A DNA stretch of 64,000 nucleotides from Cetorhinus maximus (Eukaryota). The translations under genes and the position numbers were made by a program. Every line of letters starts with the position of its first letter. Position 1 is the first letter of the stretch. This document shows, piece after piece, positions 12,178-24,618 of this stretch. Location of the stretch: the NCBI RefSeq assembly GCF_964194155.1, contig NC_135879.1, forward strand, positions 96,224,001 to 96,288,000, given 5' to 3'. The notes beneath the pieces are model-generated. The model saw nothing but the letters and a program-made list of their open reading frames with translations, did no database searches and was not told the DNA's origin.

Positions 12178-12712
12178 ATAGAGTTTACTTTTTAACAAGA
12201 TTTACCAGGTTTTTGCAAGATTTAATTGTTGGCATTTTAACAAGATTGATTTGATTTGTTTAAACAGGGATTTATCTTAAAATAAAAAACTCATAAATCT
12301 TATTTTATATGTATTAATAGTAAAACAATGAAAAGTGTGATAAATCGTCTTAAAACATTTTAAAAGTCAGATGAGCATTCTTAAGATAATCAACCCATTT
12401 AACGTTTAAAGATCCTTTTAGGTGAGCCTCCTCATTGAAGCAGTTGTGAAATGAGAGGACAATACTCAATGCCTGGAATAGCATTGATTGGCCCACTGCA
12501 ACTTCGGGATTTATGTACTACAGTGTGCACTCCTGAAGTTTCCAGGTCTCTCCGATGTCTAATAATGGTGAACACTGACTGTGTCACTGTCATTGGCACT
12601 ACAAAATCCAGCCTTAATGTTGTATGCAGTATTTGGATTGTTCATAAATAAAAACAGAAAATGCTGGAAAAACTCAGCAGGTCTGGCAGCATCTATGTGG
12701 AGAGAGAAACAG

Positions 12713-12751
12713 AGTTAACGTTTCAAGTCTGTATGATTCTTCTTCAGAACT
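12713..12751 (-). ncRNA. Minimal hammerhead ribozyme (core CUGAAGA)
   Basis: agtt CTGAAGA a gaatc-ataca-gactt GAA ACGT T aact. Confidence 0.7.
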
Positions 12752-13083
12752 ATCTTATACTGTTTAAGAGGGGCTGGAGCAGGTGAAGCAAGATAGAGGG
12801 TCAGGGATAGGTGGGACTAAGGAGAGGTTGACAAAATGTCATGGACACAAGACAAAGTGAGTGTTAATGATAGTGGTAAAGACGAAAGAAGGTTCTGATA
12901 GTGGCAGAATGTGTTAATAGCAGAACAAGGGTGAGCACTCTGTGAAAGCACACCATAGAAACCAGGGACAGATGGCCCTGTGGTGGTTGGGGGATGGTTT
13001 GAGGAAAAAGGATTTTTAAAAAATGAATAAATAAATAAATAAAAATAATGAAAATAAATAGGAATAAAAATAAAAGTTAAAAT

Positions 13084-15820
13084 TACAGTATCACAGTATA
13101 CTTACAGTGCAGAGGAGGCCATTCGGCCCACCAAGTTTGCACATTCTCCCTTTTCAGGTAGCAATCCATTTCCCTTTTGAATACCTCGATTGAACCTTCC
13201 TCCACCCCTTTCAGGAAGTTTGTTCCAGACTCCAATCACCCTCTGAGTGAAAAAAAATTTCCTCACATCGCATTTACTCCTTTTGCCTATTATTTTGAAT
13301 CTGTGCCATCTACTTCTTGGTGTTCTCTTGAGTAGGAACAATTTCTCACTATTTACCCTGTCCATACCCCTCAGGATCTTGAATACCTCTATCATGTCTC
13401 CTCTCAGCCTTCTTTTCTCCAAGGAAAACAGTCCCAACCTCTTCAATCTATCCACATAGCTACAGTTCTTCATCCCAGAAATCATTCTTGTGAATCTCGT
13501 CTGTGTTCTCTCCAATGCTCTCACATTCTTCCTCAAGTATGGTGCCCAGAACTGGATGCAGTACTCCAGATGAGGCCTCACTAGTGTCTTATACAAGTTC
13601 AACATGACCTCCTTACTCTTGTGCTCAATGCCCCTATTAATAAAGCCAGAGATACTATATGCTTTCTTTACTGCTCTCTCAACATAGCCTGCCATCTTCA
13701 ACAGCCTATATACGTATACAGCAAGGTTGCTCTGTTCCTGCACCTCCTTTAGAGGCTCTCCCTTTGTTTTATACCATCTCACCATGTCTTACCTGCCAAA
13801 ATGAATCACCTCACACTTCTCTGCATTGAACCTCATCTGCCAATTGTCTGCCCAATCCACCAACATGTCTATGTCCTTCTGAAGTTCAAGATTATCTCAT
13901 CACAGTTCACACATTTCCAATCTTCGTATCATCTGCAAATTTTGAAACCATGCCCTGCACACCACAGTCTAGGTCATTAATATATATCAGGAACAGCAAG
14001 GGTCCCAACAGTGACCCCTAAGGAACTCCACTACAAAACTTCCTCCAATCTGAAAAACAACCATTTATCACTACTCTCTGTTTCCTGTCACTCAGCTAAC
14101 TTCTTATCCAAGTGCCTACTTTCCCTTTTATTCCTTGACCTAGAATTTTGCTCACAAGTCTGTTGTGTGGCACTGTATCAAATGCTTTTTGAAAATCCAT
14201 ATACACCACATCAATAGCATTCCCTTTATTGACCTTCTCTGTTACCTCCTCAAAAAACTCCAGCAAGTTAGTTAAACATGATTTTCCCTTGATGAATCTA
14301 TGCTGGCTTTCCTTAATTATGCTGCAGTTGCCTGGGAGAATATTGATTTTATCCCATACTATAGTTTCCAGAAGTTTCCCTACCAATGTGGTCAAACTGA
14401 CTGGCCTGTAGTTGCCAGCTTTATCCTTGCACTCCTTTTCGAACAAGGGTGTAACATTCACAGTTCTCTAGCCCTCTGGCACCTCCCCTGTGTCTAAGAA
14501 AGACTGAAAGATTATCACTAGTGCCTCTGCAATTTCTACTCTCACTTCCCTCAGTACCTTGGATGCATCACATCTGGTCCTGGTACCTTATCTATTTTAA
14601 GTAAAGATAGACTTTCCATCACCTCCTTCCTCTCGATTGTAAGTTCTTCTAGTGTATCAGTTACCTCCTCTCTCACCTCAGCCTTGGTAGCAAGTTCTTC
14701 CTTTGTAAAGACAGATGCAAAGTACTCATTCAACACCTCCACTATTTCTCCAGCCTCCACATGCAAGTCCCCTATTTTGTCCCTAATCGGCCCTGCTCTT
14801 TCTTTTACCACCCTTTTATTATTTACATGCTTATAAAAGACCTTTGGATTCCCTTTTATGTTCGCTGCCAGCCTCTTTTCACACCCTCTCCTTGCTTTTC
14901 TTATTAGTTTCTTCACTTCCCCTCTGGTCCTTCTATATTCAGCCTGATTCTGCACTGTATTTTCTACCTGACATCCGTCATACATGCATTTCTTCCTTTT
15001 CATCTTTACCTCTATCTCTCTCGTCATTCAGGACATTCCAGATTTATTTGTCCTACCTTTCCCCTTCAAGGGAATATACCTTGACATTGCCTGCAATGCT
15101 TTTTCTTTGAAGGTGGACTATTGTTCGGCCACTGTCTTTTCTGCCAACATTTGATTCCAAATCACTTGACTCAGGTGCATTCCTATCCCATCGAAGTTGG
15201 CTTTCCCCCAATTAATTATCCCTGCTCTGGATTGTTCCCTGTCCTTTTCCATGATTAACATGAACCTTATGATACGATAGTTACTGGCCCCTAGAGGCTC
15301 TCCCACTGATATTTGATCCACTTGGGCCAACTCATTCCCCAGAACCAGGTCCAAAAATGCATGTCCTCTCATTGGACTGGAAACAGACCACTGTAGAAAA
15401 TTATCTTGAACACATACCAGGAACTCTCACCCCTCTTGTCCTTTTGTACTCTTCCTATCCCAGTCTATATTTGGATAATTGAAGTCCCCCATTATGATTA
15501 GTCTATAACTCTTGTATCTCTCTGTAATTTCTTTCCAAATTTGTTTCTCCATATCCCTTCCTCTAGCTGGTGGTCTATATACTACACCAATCAATGTTAT
15601 TGCACCTTTCCCGTTCCTTACCTCTAGATGGACAGATTCTGTCCTTGACCCCTCTGGAACATCCTCTCCCACCAGTGCTGTAATGCTATCTTAAGCCAAT
15701 ATTGGCACTCCCCCCACCCTTTTCTTCCTTTCCTGTGTCTCCTAAACACCTCATACCCAGGAATATTTAATGCCCAGTCCTGTCCTTCTTTGAGCCAGGT
15801 CTCTGTTACAGCAGTAATAT
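13084..15820 (-). mobile_element. CR1 LINE ORF2 (endonuclease + RT), pseudogenised
   Basis: ORF fragments 15427-15672 (VYRPP, MGDFN), 14551-15027, 14096-14461 (YMDFQKAFDTVPH) and 13102-13785 (RGDMIEVFK, WNKLP). 3' end has acagtat repeats. Confidence 0.95.
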
Positions 15821-16499
15821 CAAATAATATTAAAAATAAAAAATAAAATAAAAATAAAAATAATTTTAAACTTGTATTAAAAAAAGACTAGAGATTGAGG
15901 AGAAAGTTCATCGTCTTAAGTTGTTGGGCTCAATGGTAAACCCAGAAGGCTGTAAATTGCCTAATCGGAAGATGAGGTGCTGTTCCTCCAGTTTGCGTTG
16001 GGCTTCACTGGAACATTGCAGCAGGCCAAGGACGGACATGAGAGCAGGATGGTGTGTTGAAATGGCAAGTGATAGCAAGGTCTGGGTCATGTTTGCTGAC
16101 AGGGGTGAGGGGAAGATGTGTTTGGAGATGGCATCATGCTGGAGTTGGCGGAAATGGCAGAGGATGATATTTTGAATGCAGAGGCTGTTGGGGTGAAAAG
16201 TGATGACAAGGAGGATCCTATCATGGTTCTGGGAGGGAGGGGAATGGGTGAGGGCAGAGGTGCAGGAGATGGGTTGGACACAGTTGAGGGCCCTGTCAAC
16301 CATGGCTGGGGGGGAACCCTGACTTAAGGAAAAAGGAAGACATGTCAGAATGTGAATTGTCCAACCTAGTTCTGGTTGTGAAACTATATTACACCTGTGT
16401 AGCTACACTTCTGCACTTCAATATGTATAGTAGGCATTAAATTTCTGCCATGCAAAATCCCTTCCTCCATGCTCACCGACCTTTAAAAATTGTATCCTG

Positions 16500-17605
16500 C
16501 TACTCATGGCTCAGCTGTGGCACTCTTGCCTGAGACAGAAGATCATGATCTCAAGTTCCGTTCCAGAAACATGGGGCCAGCGTTTTTCGCTGAGCAGGCA
16601 GGTGCGCACCTGACCTGCTCAAGTATAAAGTAAAGTGTGATGATATCGGACGAGTGTCCCAACGTCATCGTGCACCCGTGCGATATTTCGGTCAGCGGGC
16701 GCACGCTAAACTTGGAAGAGCGCCCGCCGACAATTAAAAGGGCTATAAAGTCCATTAACGGCACAATTAACTGGGATTTTTTGCTGCCCGTCCAATGTTA
16801 CAGTTAGCAGGTGGGTGAATCGGCTAGGCAGGCCTTTGCATTTTTCAGGAAACCTCATCCAAGGGCAGGATGAGGTTTCCGTTATTAAATTAAAAAAATA
16901 AAAATCTATGCACAGAATTTTTATAATGTCTATGCTCAGGTGACTGCTTGTGTTGCGTGGACATTATTTTCTGGATTTAAGAATCTTTATTTGATACTTT
17001 TGAAGTCTTCAGCTCCCTGAGGCAGCTCTCTGCCTTCTGGGAGCTTTCTGTGAGTGCTTCCCCACGCCCGCACTCACTTCAGCACTCGCCCTCCTCCCAC
17101 CCCAACCCTGGCAGCGCTGGTCATATCTGCGCACGCTTCACGCTGGTTGGCTGTTAATTGGCCAGCCAGCATGAAATCGTGGTCAGGGGCCGATCATGGG
17201 TGGCAGTCTGTTCTCCGGCCACTCCCAGGGCCACCAATCGCGCCCACATGCCAACTTAAAAATCCTGCCCGTGAGCACCAAATCTCCAATTCAGCAGTGA
17301 GGAAATTCTGTACAGTCAGAGGTGGAGTTTTTAGGATGAAACATTAAACTGAGACCCCACCTGCCCTCTCTGGTAGATGTAAAAGTTTCCATGGCACTAT
17401 CTGCTGTAAAGCAGAGGAGTTCTCCTGGCCAATATTTATCCCTCAATCTACATCACTGAAACAGATTACTTGGCCATTAACGCCTTGCTGTTTATGGAAG
17501 CTTGCTGTGTGCAATTTGACTGCAAAGTAATTACACTTCTTTGTAAGTATTTCATTGGCTGTAAAGTTTTTTTGGAAATTCTGAGATTGTGAAATGCGCT
17601 ATATA
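16500..17605 (+). mobile_element. Deu-domain tRNA SINE interrupted by a MITE
   Basis: Head tggctcag...tcaagt at 16505-16570; Deu domain 17290-17460; L2-like tail ...aaatgcgctatataaa. Confidence 0.75.
16574..17270. mobile_element. Harbinger-type MITE (~700 bp)
   Basis: Right TIR aaaaatcctgccc, degenerate left TIR; flanks atg/gtg. Internal aaacctcatcc...ggatgaggttt palindrome, shared with the ends of the 38624-42509 element. Confidence 0.8.
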
Positions 17606-17683
17606 AAAGTAAGTTTCTGTTTTCTATTTTTGAAGAGAAAAAGAAGAATAGTATAGTGTTTCAACTCCAGCTGTCCAAAAACT

Positions 17684-17830
17684 ACATAAAAGCAAAATAC
17701 TGCGGATGCTGGAAATCTGAAACAAAAACAGAAAATGCTGGAGAAACTCAGCCGGTGTAGCAGCTTCTGTGGAGAGGTTCTCCACAGGTGCTGCTGGACC
17801 TGCTGAGTTTTTCCAGCATTTCCTATTTTG
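17684..17830. mobile_element. Short inverted (hairpin) Penelope-tail insertion
   Basis: Two opposed copies of the Neptune tail meet at ~17776. 11-bp TSD gtccaaaaact at 17673-17683 and 17831-17841. Confidence 0.85.
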
Positions 17831-18054
17831 GTCCAAAAACTGGAGTTGTCCAAATACCAGACAATTTTAGAATGTGCTAAAATCAATTTTAATTGAGTAA
17901 AATAAATAAACTTATCTGGACTATTCAGCTAGACATTGCACTGGCACAGTATAGCGTCTGATTGTTTATCCCTTTCACTACTTGCACACCGGCCTATTCC
18001 CGCTCTACAAGTGACGCTCGAGCTCACCCGACCCGGCTTGACCCAAACCGTCAT

Positions 18055-18650
18055 GGGCAGAATTTGGCCCTTGTCGTGCGGGATTGGCGGGGGCGGTCGG
18101 GAAGCTGCCCGCCATCCACGATCGGCGGTGCACCGCGATTTCACACTGGAGGGCCAATTAAGGCCCACCCAGTGTGATACACAAGCGGCGGCACTGAGTG
18201 TTGCCTCAGCGGGTGGGGGGGTGGAGGGCGAGCGGGCCTAGCATGAGCTTCGCACATGTGTGCAAGACAGCGCAGAATAATCTCCCTAAGAGAGGTTTTT
18301 AAAAATAATAAGCAACAGAAAAATGTAATAAAACATGTCCCCTCATCTGTCTCATGAGCAGGGACATGTTTTTAATTTAAAATAAAGTTTTTATCTTAAT
18401 TGTATTTGCTTCTGGAAGCCTCATCCCGCCCGCAGATGAGGTGTCCAAAAAAATGCAAAGGCCGCTTGGACTTTTTGCCTGCCTGGCAACCATTAGGTTG
18501 AACAGGCAGCAAAAAATTAACATCGGTTGATAACTTAATGGCCTAACAGGCCCTGTAATTATCAAACTATCGCGTGACTGCAAGTTGACGCCAGCATGCT
18601 CCGCCGACACCATCGAGCGTTATTGCACACCGGGCTAAAAATTCTAGCCC
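18055..18650. mobile_element. Harbinger-type MITE
   Basis: TIRs gggcagaattt / aaaattctagccc; cat/atg flanks; same internal motifs as 16574-17270, in the opposite orientation. Confidence 0.8.
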
Positions 18651-20879
18651 ATGAGCCAAAATCCAGCATGGCCTCAGTCCCGAGGCTGCTGGTTTGAGAC
18701 ACTGTACTTGTATTACTGTACTTGTATTATTAATTGTAAAATCTAGTTTAAGTAGACAACCTTTTAGGCAGCATCAGTGTAAGAACGTTGTAGAGCGATA
18801 GCTCTTCAGTAAATTGTCCAAAGCTAAGGAACGCCAAAAGCAACTAGATTAATACCAAAGTGAGACTCAGTTGTTTAACAACCTGCATTAGCAGGGTAAC
18901 AGCAAATAACTCTGCAGCCTGTGTAACTCCCCATTCACCCTTTGCATGCCTCAAATCAGATCTCACGGATTAAGTATATATTAAATATAAATGCTGTTTG
19001 TAGAAGCTGTTGGATGTGTTGTATTTGCCTTTATCACCTGACAGTCAAAATTAATCTATGGCCAAAGCAAAAAAATAAAAACACAAGTTTACAATTTCCT
19101 TTCCCCAGTGTTGAACAGTTTGCTGAGATTGAATATTTCATCTGAACCCTGTTTTTAACAGCTATGCTAGCAGGTGGGAATGGTTATTCATTCATAATAT
19201 TTACATGACAATTAAACCTATTCTGAATTATAGGACAGGCAAGGGGATAAATTGTTAAGTATAGACCAAACAAAAAGGTCTTTTGGTCCATTAACTCATT
19301 CCATTTACTGCTGCTACAATAGGACTTTTCCAATGCACCTTGCTGATTGCATCGTGCACATAACCCCAATCTTCTCTCTCATAATCTTCCCCAGCATAAG
19401 ACTAAAATTTAATCGTTAAACATTTCCATGGTCACTGCAGCTATAAGCCTACAATGAATTGACTCTAGTTGCTAAGCCACTTTATGTACTTTTTTAACTC
19501 TACTTATCATTGGTTTCCGGGATTGAATTACACAAGGTGCCGGATTTCTCCCCCCACCTCCATCACCCCCTGACTAAAAATTGGATGATGAGGGTGAGCT
19601 GACTGAGGGGAACACCAGCTGCACCAGGCTGGGGGAGGGGAGGGAGGGTAAAACCTTGAGGGGGCCTCCAATTGGCCAAGGGGGTCTGTTAAGGAAGGAC
19701 CCTCCCCCTGCCCGCCACCAGCCCGCGCAGAGAAACCTGCCAGGCTGCCCACATAAGGGCCTCAATTGGCATGCTGGCGAGGGGCTGCCTGACACACCCC
19801 CGCCGCTGGTATAATTGTGGTATGGGTAGGGACTGGCAGGTAGACAGTGGGCAGACTGCTGTTGGCAAGGGAGCATTATGTGTCAGATTTTTCTTGTAGC
19901 TGACACCCAGCTCCTTAAATCTGAATGAGGGTGTTCTCCCTTTACGAAATGTTTAGGTAAATTTGTAGCAAAGCCCCCAGAAACAAACAGGCAATCCTCT
20001 TCCATTTATTTTAGTCACTGGTTTACTTCAGTTCCAAGTGGCAGAACTCAGGGTATTTTGCACTAAGGACCAAACCTTGAGCGGGAGTAAACTATTCAGT
20101 TAGAGGCATCACAATCGAGCTAACTTTTAAACAGGTACGCTTGCTAGCAGAGGTCATTGGAAAGCAGCAAGTAGGGGCATCCTGCCTTGCTTCCCCTCTC
20201 TAATTGAGAGACAAAAAGGGAAATTTTAATAACACCTTGGAGGTGGGCTTGGAAGAGAGGCGACTGGGAAAATATCTGTGATGGGCCAGCTCCCCAATAC
20301 GTTCCTGCCTCCTCGCAATGTTATGAGAGGCAGCGTCAGAGCAGTGATGACCACCAGTGGCGGGAAGTCAAGTTAAGGTAGTTGATAAGGAAATCTGTAG
20401 GGATTTGCCCCACCCTTTCCAATTTTCCCAGAGGTGACCGTGACTCCTGGGAAAGGCAGCAGCTGACAGGAAGCAAGTGCGCAGCAGGATGTCCTGGCAT
20501 TTTCATGGCCTGAATTTTTCAGTTAGCGTCCATACCCAATTGGGCCCAGAAGCGGATGTAAACTCCGCTCCTGCTCAACACATGCAGCCAACAGCAATGA
20601 CGTGCCGGCTAGCCGGCCAGCGGGAAACTCGCTCGCTGAGAGGACCAACACTGCCGGGGGGATGTGGGGTGGCTGGCAGGAACAGGGCAGGCCCCACCAT
20701 AAAGGCAGCTGTGGATGGAGGGGTTTAAAAGGATACTAGGAAAGATGCTGTGAAGACTAAGGGAGCAAATTTGGAGCTTTGGGCAGTGGCAGGACCATAT
20801 TCAGAGACAGTCAATTTCTGCTATCCTGCATCACAGGCAGGACCATATTGTGAAGGGATTTGTGGCATGGCGGCTAGAG

Positions 20880-22300
20880 GACAAAGCCAAGCAAGTGGCC
20901 ATGGAAATGTGCGAATGCTCACAGCCCCTCATTTCTCTAATGATTGCTCACGGGCCCTGCTGCTACTGCTGCCAGGTGGTGGCAAGAGGAAGCCTCCGAA
21001 CGTTACCAAGAAAGCCTGGACAGAGGTGGCGGTGATAGTGCACGGCAGCCGTTGGCTCCTGCATATGACCTGGGTGCAGTGTCAGAAGAGGGTGAATGAG
21101 CTTCTCTGCTCTGTAAGGACGAGTAAGGAAGCCATTTTACATCTTGAATGAATGTATATGTATGGGCTGATGTTTGGTGGGGCTGGAAGCTGGTATACAA
21201 TTGGCTCTAGATGCAAAGGAGACCTGAGCACAGCAAAGCTGGTTAGAACTAGATAGGATGGCAGGCATGCCTAGAAGGGGGAAGTCCTGTAGTGTGTTGG
21301 GCACACAAACCAGCGATGTTATGGAGGAGCATGTACACACCTCAGCCATACAGAAGAGGGACACATGAATGTGTTCTTGTCTCCACTGGAGAAGAGGAAG
21401 CACAATGCGCTGGAACACAGCTGCACAGGTGGTGGAGTTCCAAATCTGGCAGTCCTGACGCCAATGGAGGAGGACATTTTAGAGTTGGCATTCGAGCAGG
21501 CGTCTATTGTTTGAGGGGAGGTAGGGGTTTTTGACGATAGTGAGAGTGAAGAGGATATACTTTCAATGGGAAAGGCGGGGGCCATCAGAAATAAAGGGGC
21601 AAGGAATGCAAGGTTATGTTCACTGTTTCTCTGTGATCCTGCATCAGTATATGTTTGAATTGCACAATGCCCAAGTGTGGAATGCAGCAGCAGCTACTTA
21701 CTCTGCTTCTTTAATGCTCAGGTATACTCACTGCTGCCTTTCATCCATCAGATGGACCATTGTCCAGACCAATCGAGGATCCAGACGGTACACCATTAAT
21801 ATTGGAGGAGGAGGCGGGACCCTCAGATGCTGCAGCATCAGATCCTCACTCTGCACCTCGCAACACTATAGATACTGCCACCTCGGTGGGGTTGAGCATG
21901 TCAGTATAGACTGTAGCACATACTGGGGGAAGCAGGTTACGTTTGCCCAAGGAGTTGTCGGAGACAGATTTCCCAGGCCTCTGACAGTCGGAGGAGTTTT
22001 GGAGACCAAGAAGATGCTGATCCCCAGGCAGATGACAAGCCTCTGGAGTCATCCATCAGGTATCAAATGCTGGATGTCCAGCAGGAAGTACAGGAGATCT
22101 GGCTGATTTTCCAGAGGGTTTGCATGCCATGGTCCAGACAATGGAGGAATCCATGTGGGACTTGAGGGCTGCGGTCACCCTCAGCTCTGAACATAAGGCA
22201 TCCTCCATCAAGAGATTGGCGAGGATAAAGTTGACTTGAGCTATTGGCCAAAGATGGTTACCCCAATTTGCATTACTGTACATTCCATGTTCCAAACTAT
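20880..22300 (+). pseudogene. Harbinger Myb/SANT-like accessory gene remnant (3 exons)
   Basis: Exon 1 APHFS...KKAWTEVA...TWVQCQKRVNEL; exon 2 EKRKHN...TGGGVP...LTPMEE (~21385-21539); exon 3 from ~21751. Confidence 0.7.
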
Positions 22301-22494
22301 TGGAAGAGAGACAGCACATCTGCAAATCCCAGCAAAGACAATGACCTTAGGGGAATGTGAAAAACCCATTGGCAAGCCATTAAGGCTATTCTGCTGTTGG
22401 AGACAAACCATTCAGCCTAATCACTTGGACAATGGGTCCCTGGCTAGGAGTGCTTCCCAGACATGATCTAATCAAGTTACCTTTGGGATATCTT

Positions 22495-24618
22495 TTTTCA
22501 TTTATTCATGAGATGTGGGCGTCACTGGCAAAGCCAACATTTATTGCCCATCCCTAATTGCCTTTGAGAAGGTGGTGGTGAGCTGCATTCTTGAACCGCT
22601 GCTGTCCATGTGGTATAGGTATACCCTCACTACTATTAGGGAGGGAGTTCCAGGATTTTGACCCAGTGACTGTGAAGGAAGGTGATATATTTCCAAGTCA
22701 GGATGGTAAGCGGCTTGGAAGGGCTTCCAGGTAGTGGTTGTCCCATCTATCTGCTGCCCTTGTCCTTCTAGATGGTTGTGGTCGTGGGCTTGGAAGGCAC
22801 TATCTAAGGAGGCTTGGTGAGTTCCTGCAGTGCATCCTGTAGATGGTACTGTTATGATGTGGCGAGTGATATGTGGACCAAATCCACAAGGAAAACTTGG
22901 CCATGCTATCACAACGGTTATGCAGTTTGTATTTATTTTGAGAAGATTTGTGGACTGAATTCAGAAGCAGTGAGTCCACCAACAACTTTAGAGATTTTAG
23001 AAGTAAATTAAAACATTTATTAATGAATGAAAAGAATTCAAACACCTAAGATTACAGTTACTTGATATTATAACAAATCCCCAAATTCCTAATTAACCTG
23101 ACTCCCAACTACACACCCCGTTTAAGGCAACAGTCCAAAATGGATTTTAAATTTAAATAGGCAATCCAGCAAGGTTACCACACTCACTCACTCAACAGTG
23201 GAATTCCAAAGGCTTTTTAACACAACTTTAGTTACTGGACACAGCAGACTCTGCAAAAGTGGCTAGAGACTTTTTCCCAAGGCTGCTTTACACAGTGTGC
23301 CTTTCAAGATGTTACACAGCTACCCCCACATAGCCTTCCATTCTTCTTTATGTATGTTTCTCTCTCTTTAATGTGTAAAATCCCATTGTTCTACATGTCT
23401 TAGGGAATTACTTTTCCCAAAATATAAAAATCTTTCATGTTGTCAATATATCCTTTTTCCTTTTGGGAAAAATAAACTTAGTAACCTTGCCCTATTTATC
23501 TTATTAGTGGTAAACATCCTACCATCCTTCTGAAAATCAAACAACTTCACTAACCTAAAAGTGCAAATTTCATTCACACCTTATCTGTGGAACCTCATCC
23601 TCACTTGTTCATCTCCATTTCAAAAGTCTGCTTTACATCTAACTTTTTTGATAATTTCAACCTTGCATTCTACTTGACTCTAATTCAATTAAGTCAGTCA
23701 CACAGTCAGAACCATCCACGTTCACACCCATAAGCCTACAATAATATTTTGAAAAATATTATAGTTTCATGACAGTACACACGACACTGTGTGTCGGTGG
23801 TGGAGGGAGTGAATGTTTTTGGATGGGGTGCGAATTAAGTGAGCTGCTTTGTCCTGGATGGTGTCGAGCTTCTTGCCTGGATGAATGCAGTTCCAACAAC
23901 ATTCAAGTGGAGAGTATTCCATCATACTCCTGACTTGTGCATTGTAAATGCTGGAGTCAGGAGGTGAATGACTTACCACAGGATTCCTAATCTCTGACCT
24001 GCTCTTGTAGCCACCGTATTTATATGGCTAGTCCAGTTCAGTTTCTGGTCAATGGTAACCCCCAGGATTTGATAATGGGGGATTCAGTGATGGTAATGCC
24101 ATTGAATGTCAAGGGTTGATTGTTAGATTCTTTCTTGTTGGAGATGGTCATTGCCTGGCACATATGTGGCGTGAATGTTACTTGCCACTTGTCAGCTCAA
24201 TTGATGCCACAATCAGTCAAATGTTGCCTTGATGTCAAGGGCAGTCACTCTCACCTCACCTTGGGAGTTCAGCTCTTTTATCCATGTCTGAACCAAGGCT
24301 GCAATGAGGTCAGGAGCTGAGTGATCCTGGCAGAACCTAAATTGAGTGTCTGTGAGCAGGTTATTGCTAAGCAAGTGCCGTTTGATAGCACTCCCGATGA
24401 CCTCTTCCATCACTTTACTGATGATCGAGAGTAAACTGATGGGGCGGTAATTGGCTGAGTTGGATTTATCCTGCTCTTTGTGTACAGGACATACTTGGGC
24501 AATTTTCCACATTGCCTGAGAGATGCTGGTTTTGTGGCTGTACTGGAACAGCTTGGTTAGTGGCGCGGCAAGTTCTGCGGCACAGGTCTTCAGCACTATC
24601 GCCGGAATGTTGTCAGAG
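22495..24618 (-). mobile_element. LINE family B (RT remnant + 3' tail), interrupted by a solo LTR
   Basis: ORF 24213-24623 (G.DNIP...NYRPISLLS...QF.F...ALDIKATFD), MEYSP...LDTIQDKA and WNSLP motifs, family B 3' tail. Confidence 0.9.
22850..23774. mobile_element. Solo LTR (925 bp)
   Basis: Ends tgttatga...tcatgaca (TG..CA, short inverted termini). 4-bp TSD gtac at 22846-22849 and 23775-23778. The LINE is contiguous when it is removed. Confidence 0.85.

Larger units (their letters stand above)
12648..16345 (-). mobile_element. Penelope-like element (Neptune-type), split by a CR1 insertion and internally deleted
   Basis: Tail with hammerhead at 12648-13083. Coding remnant at 15908-16340 (LVITFHP...MSVLGLLQCSSEAQRKLEEQHLIFRLG.LQPSG) is homologous to 26263-26883. 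Confidence 0.85.

Noticed and set aside
15823-15870. (TAAAA)n and neighbouring A-rich tract as a regulatory element
   Set aside because: It is the low-complexity part of the Penelope 3' UTR.
19520-20740. GC-rich tract as a CpG-island promoter
   Set aside because: It contains MITE-type terminal motifs and leads into a Harbinger Myb remnant, so it is better explained as decayed transposon ends whose boundaries I cannot fix.
21531-22106. 191-aa ORF as a novel protein
   Set aside because: It spans an intron and an off-frame exon of a decayed Harbinger gene, with no recognisable domain.
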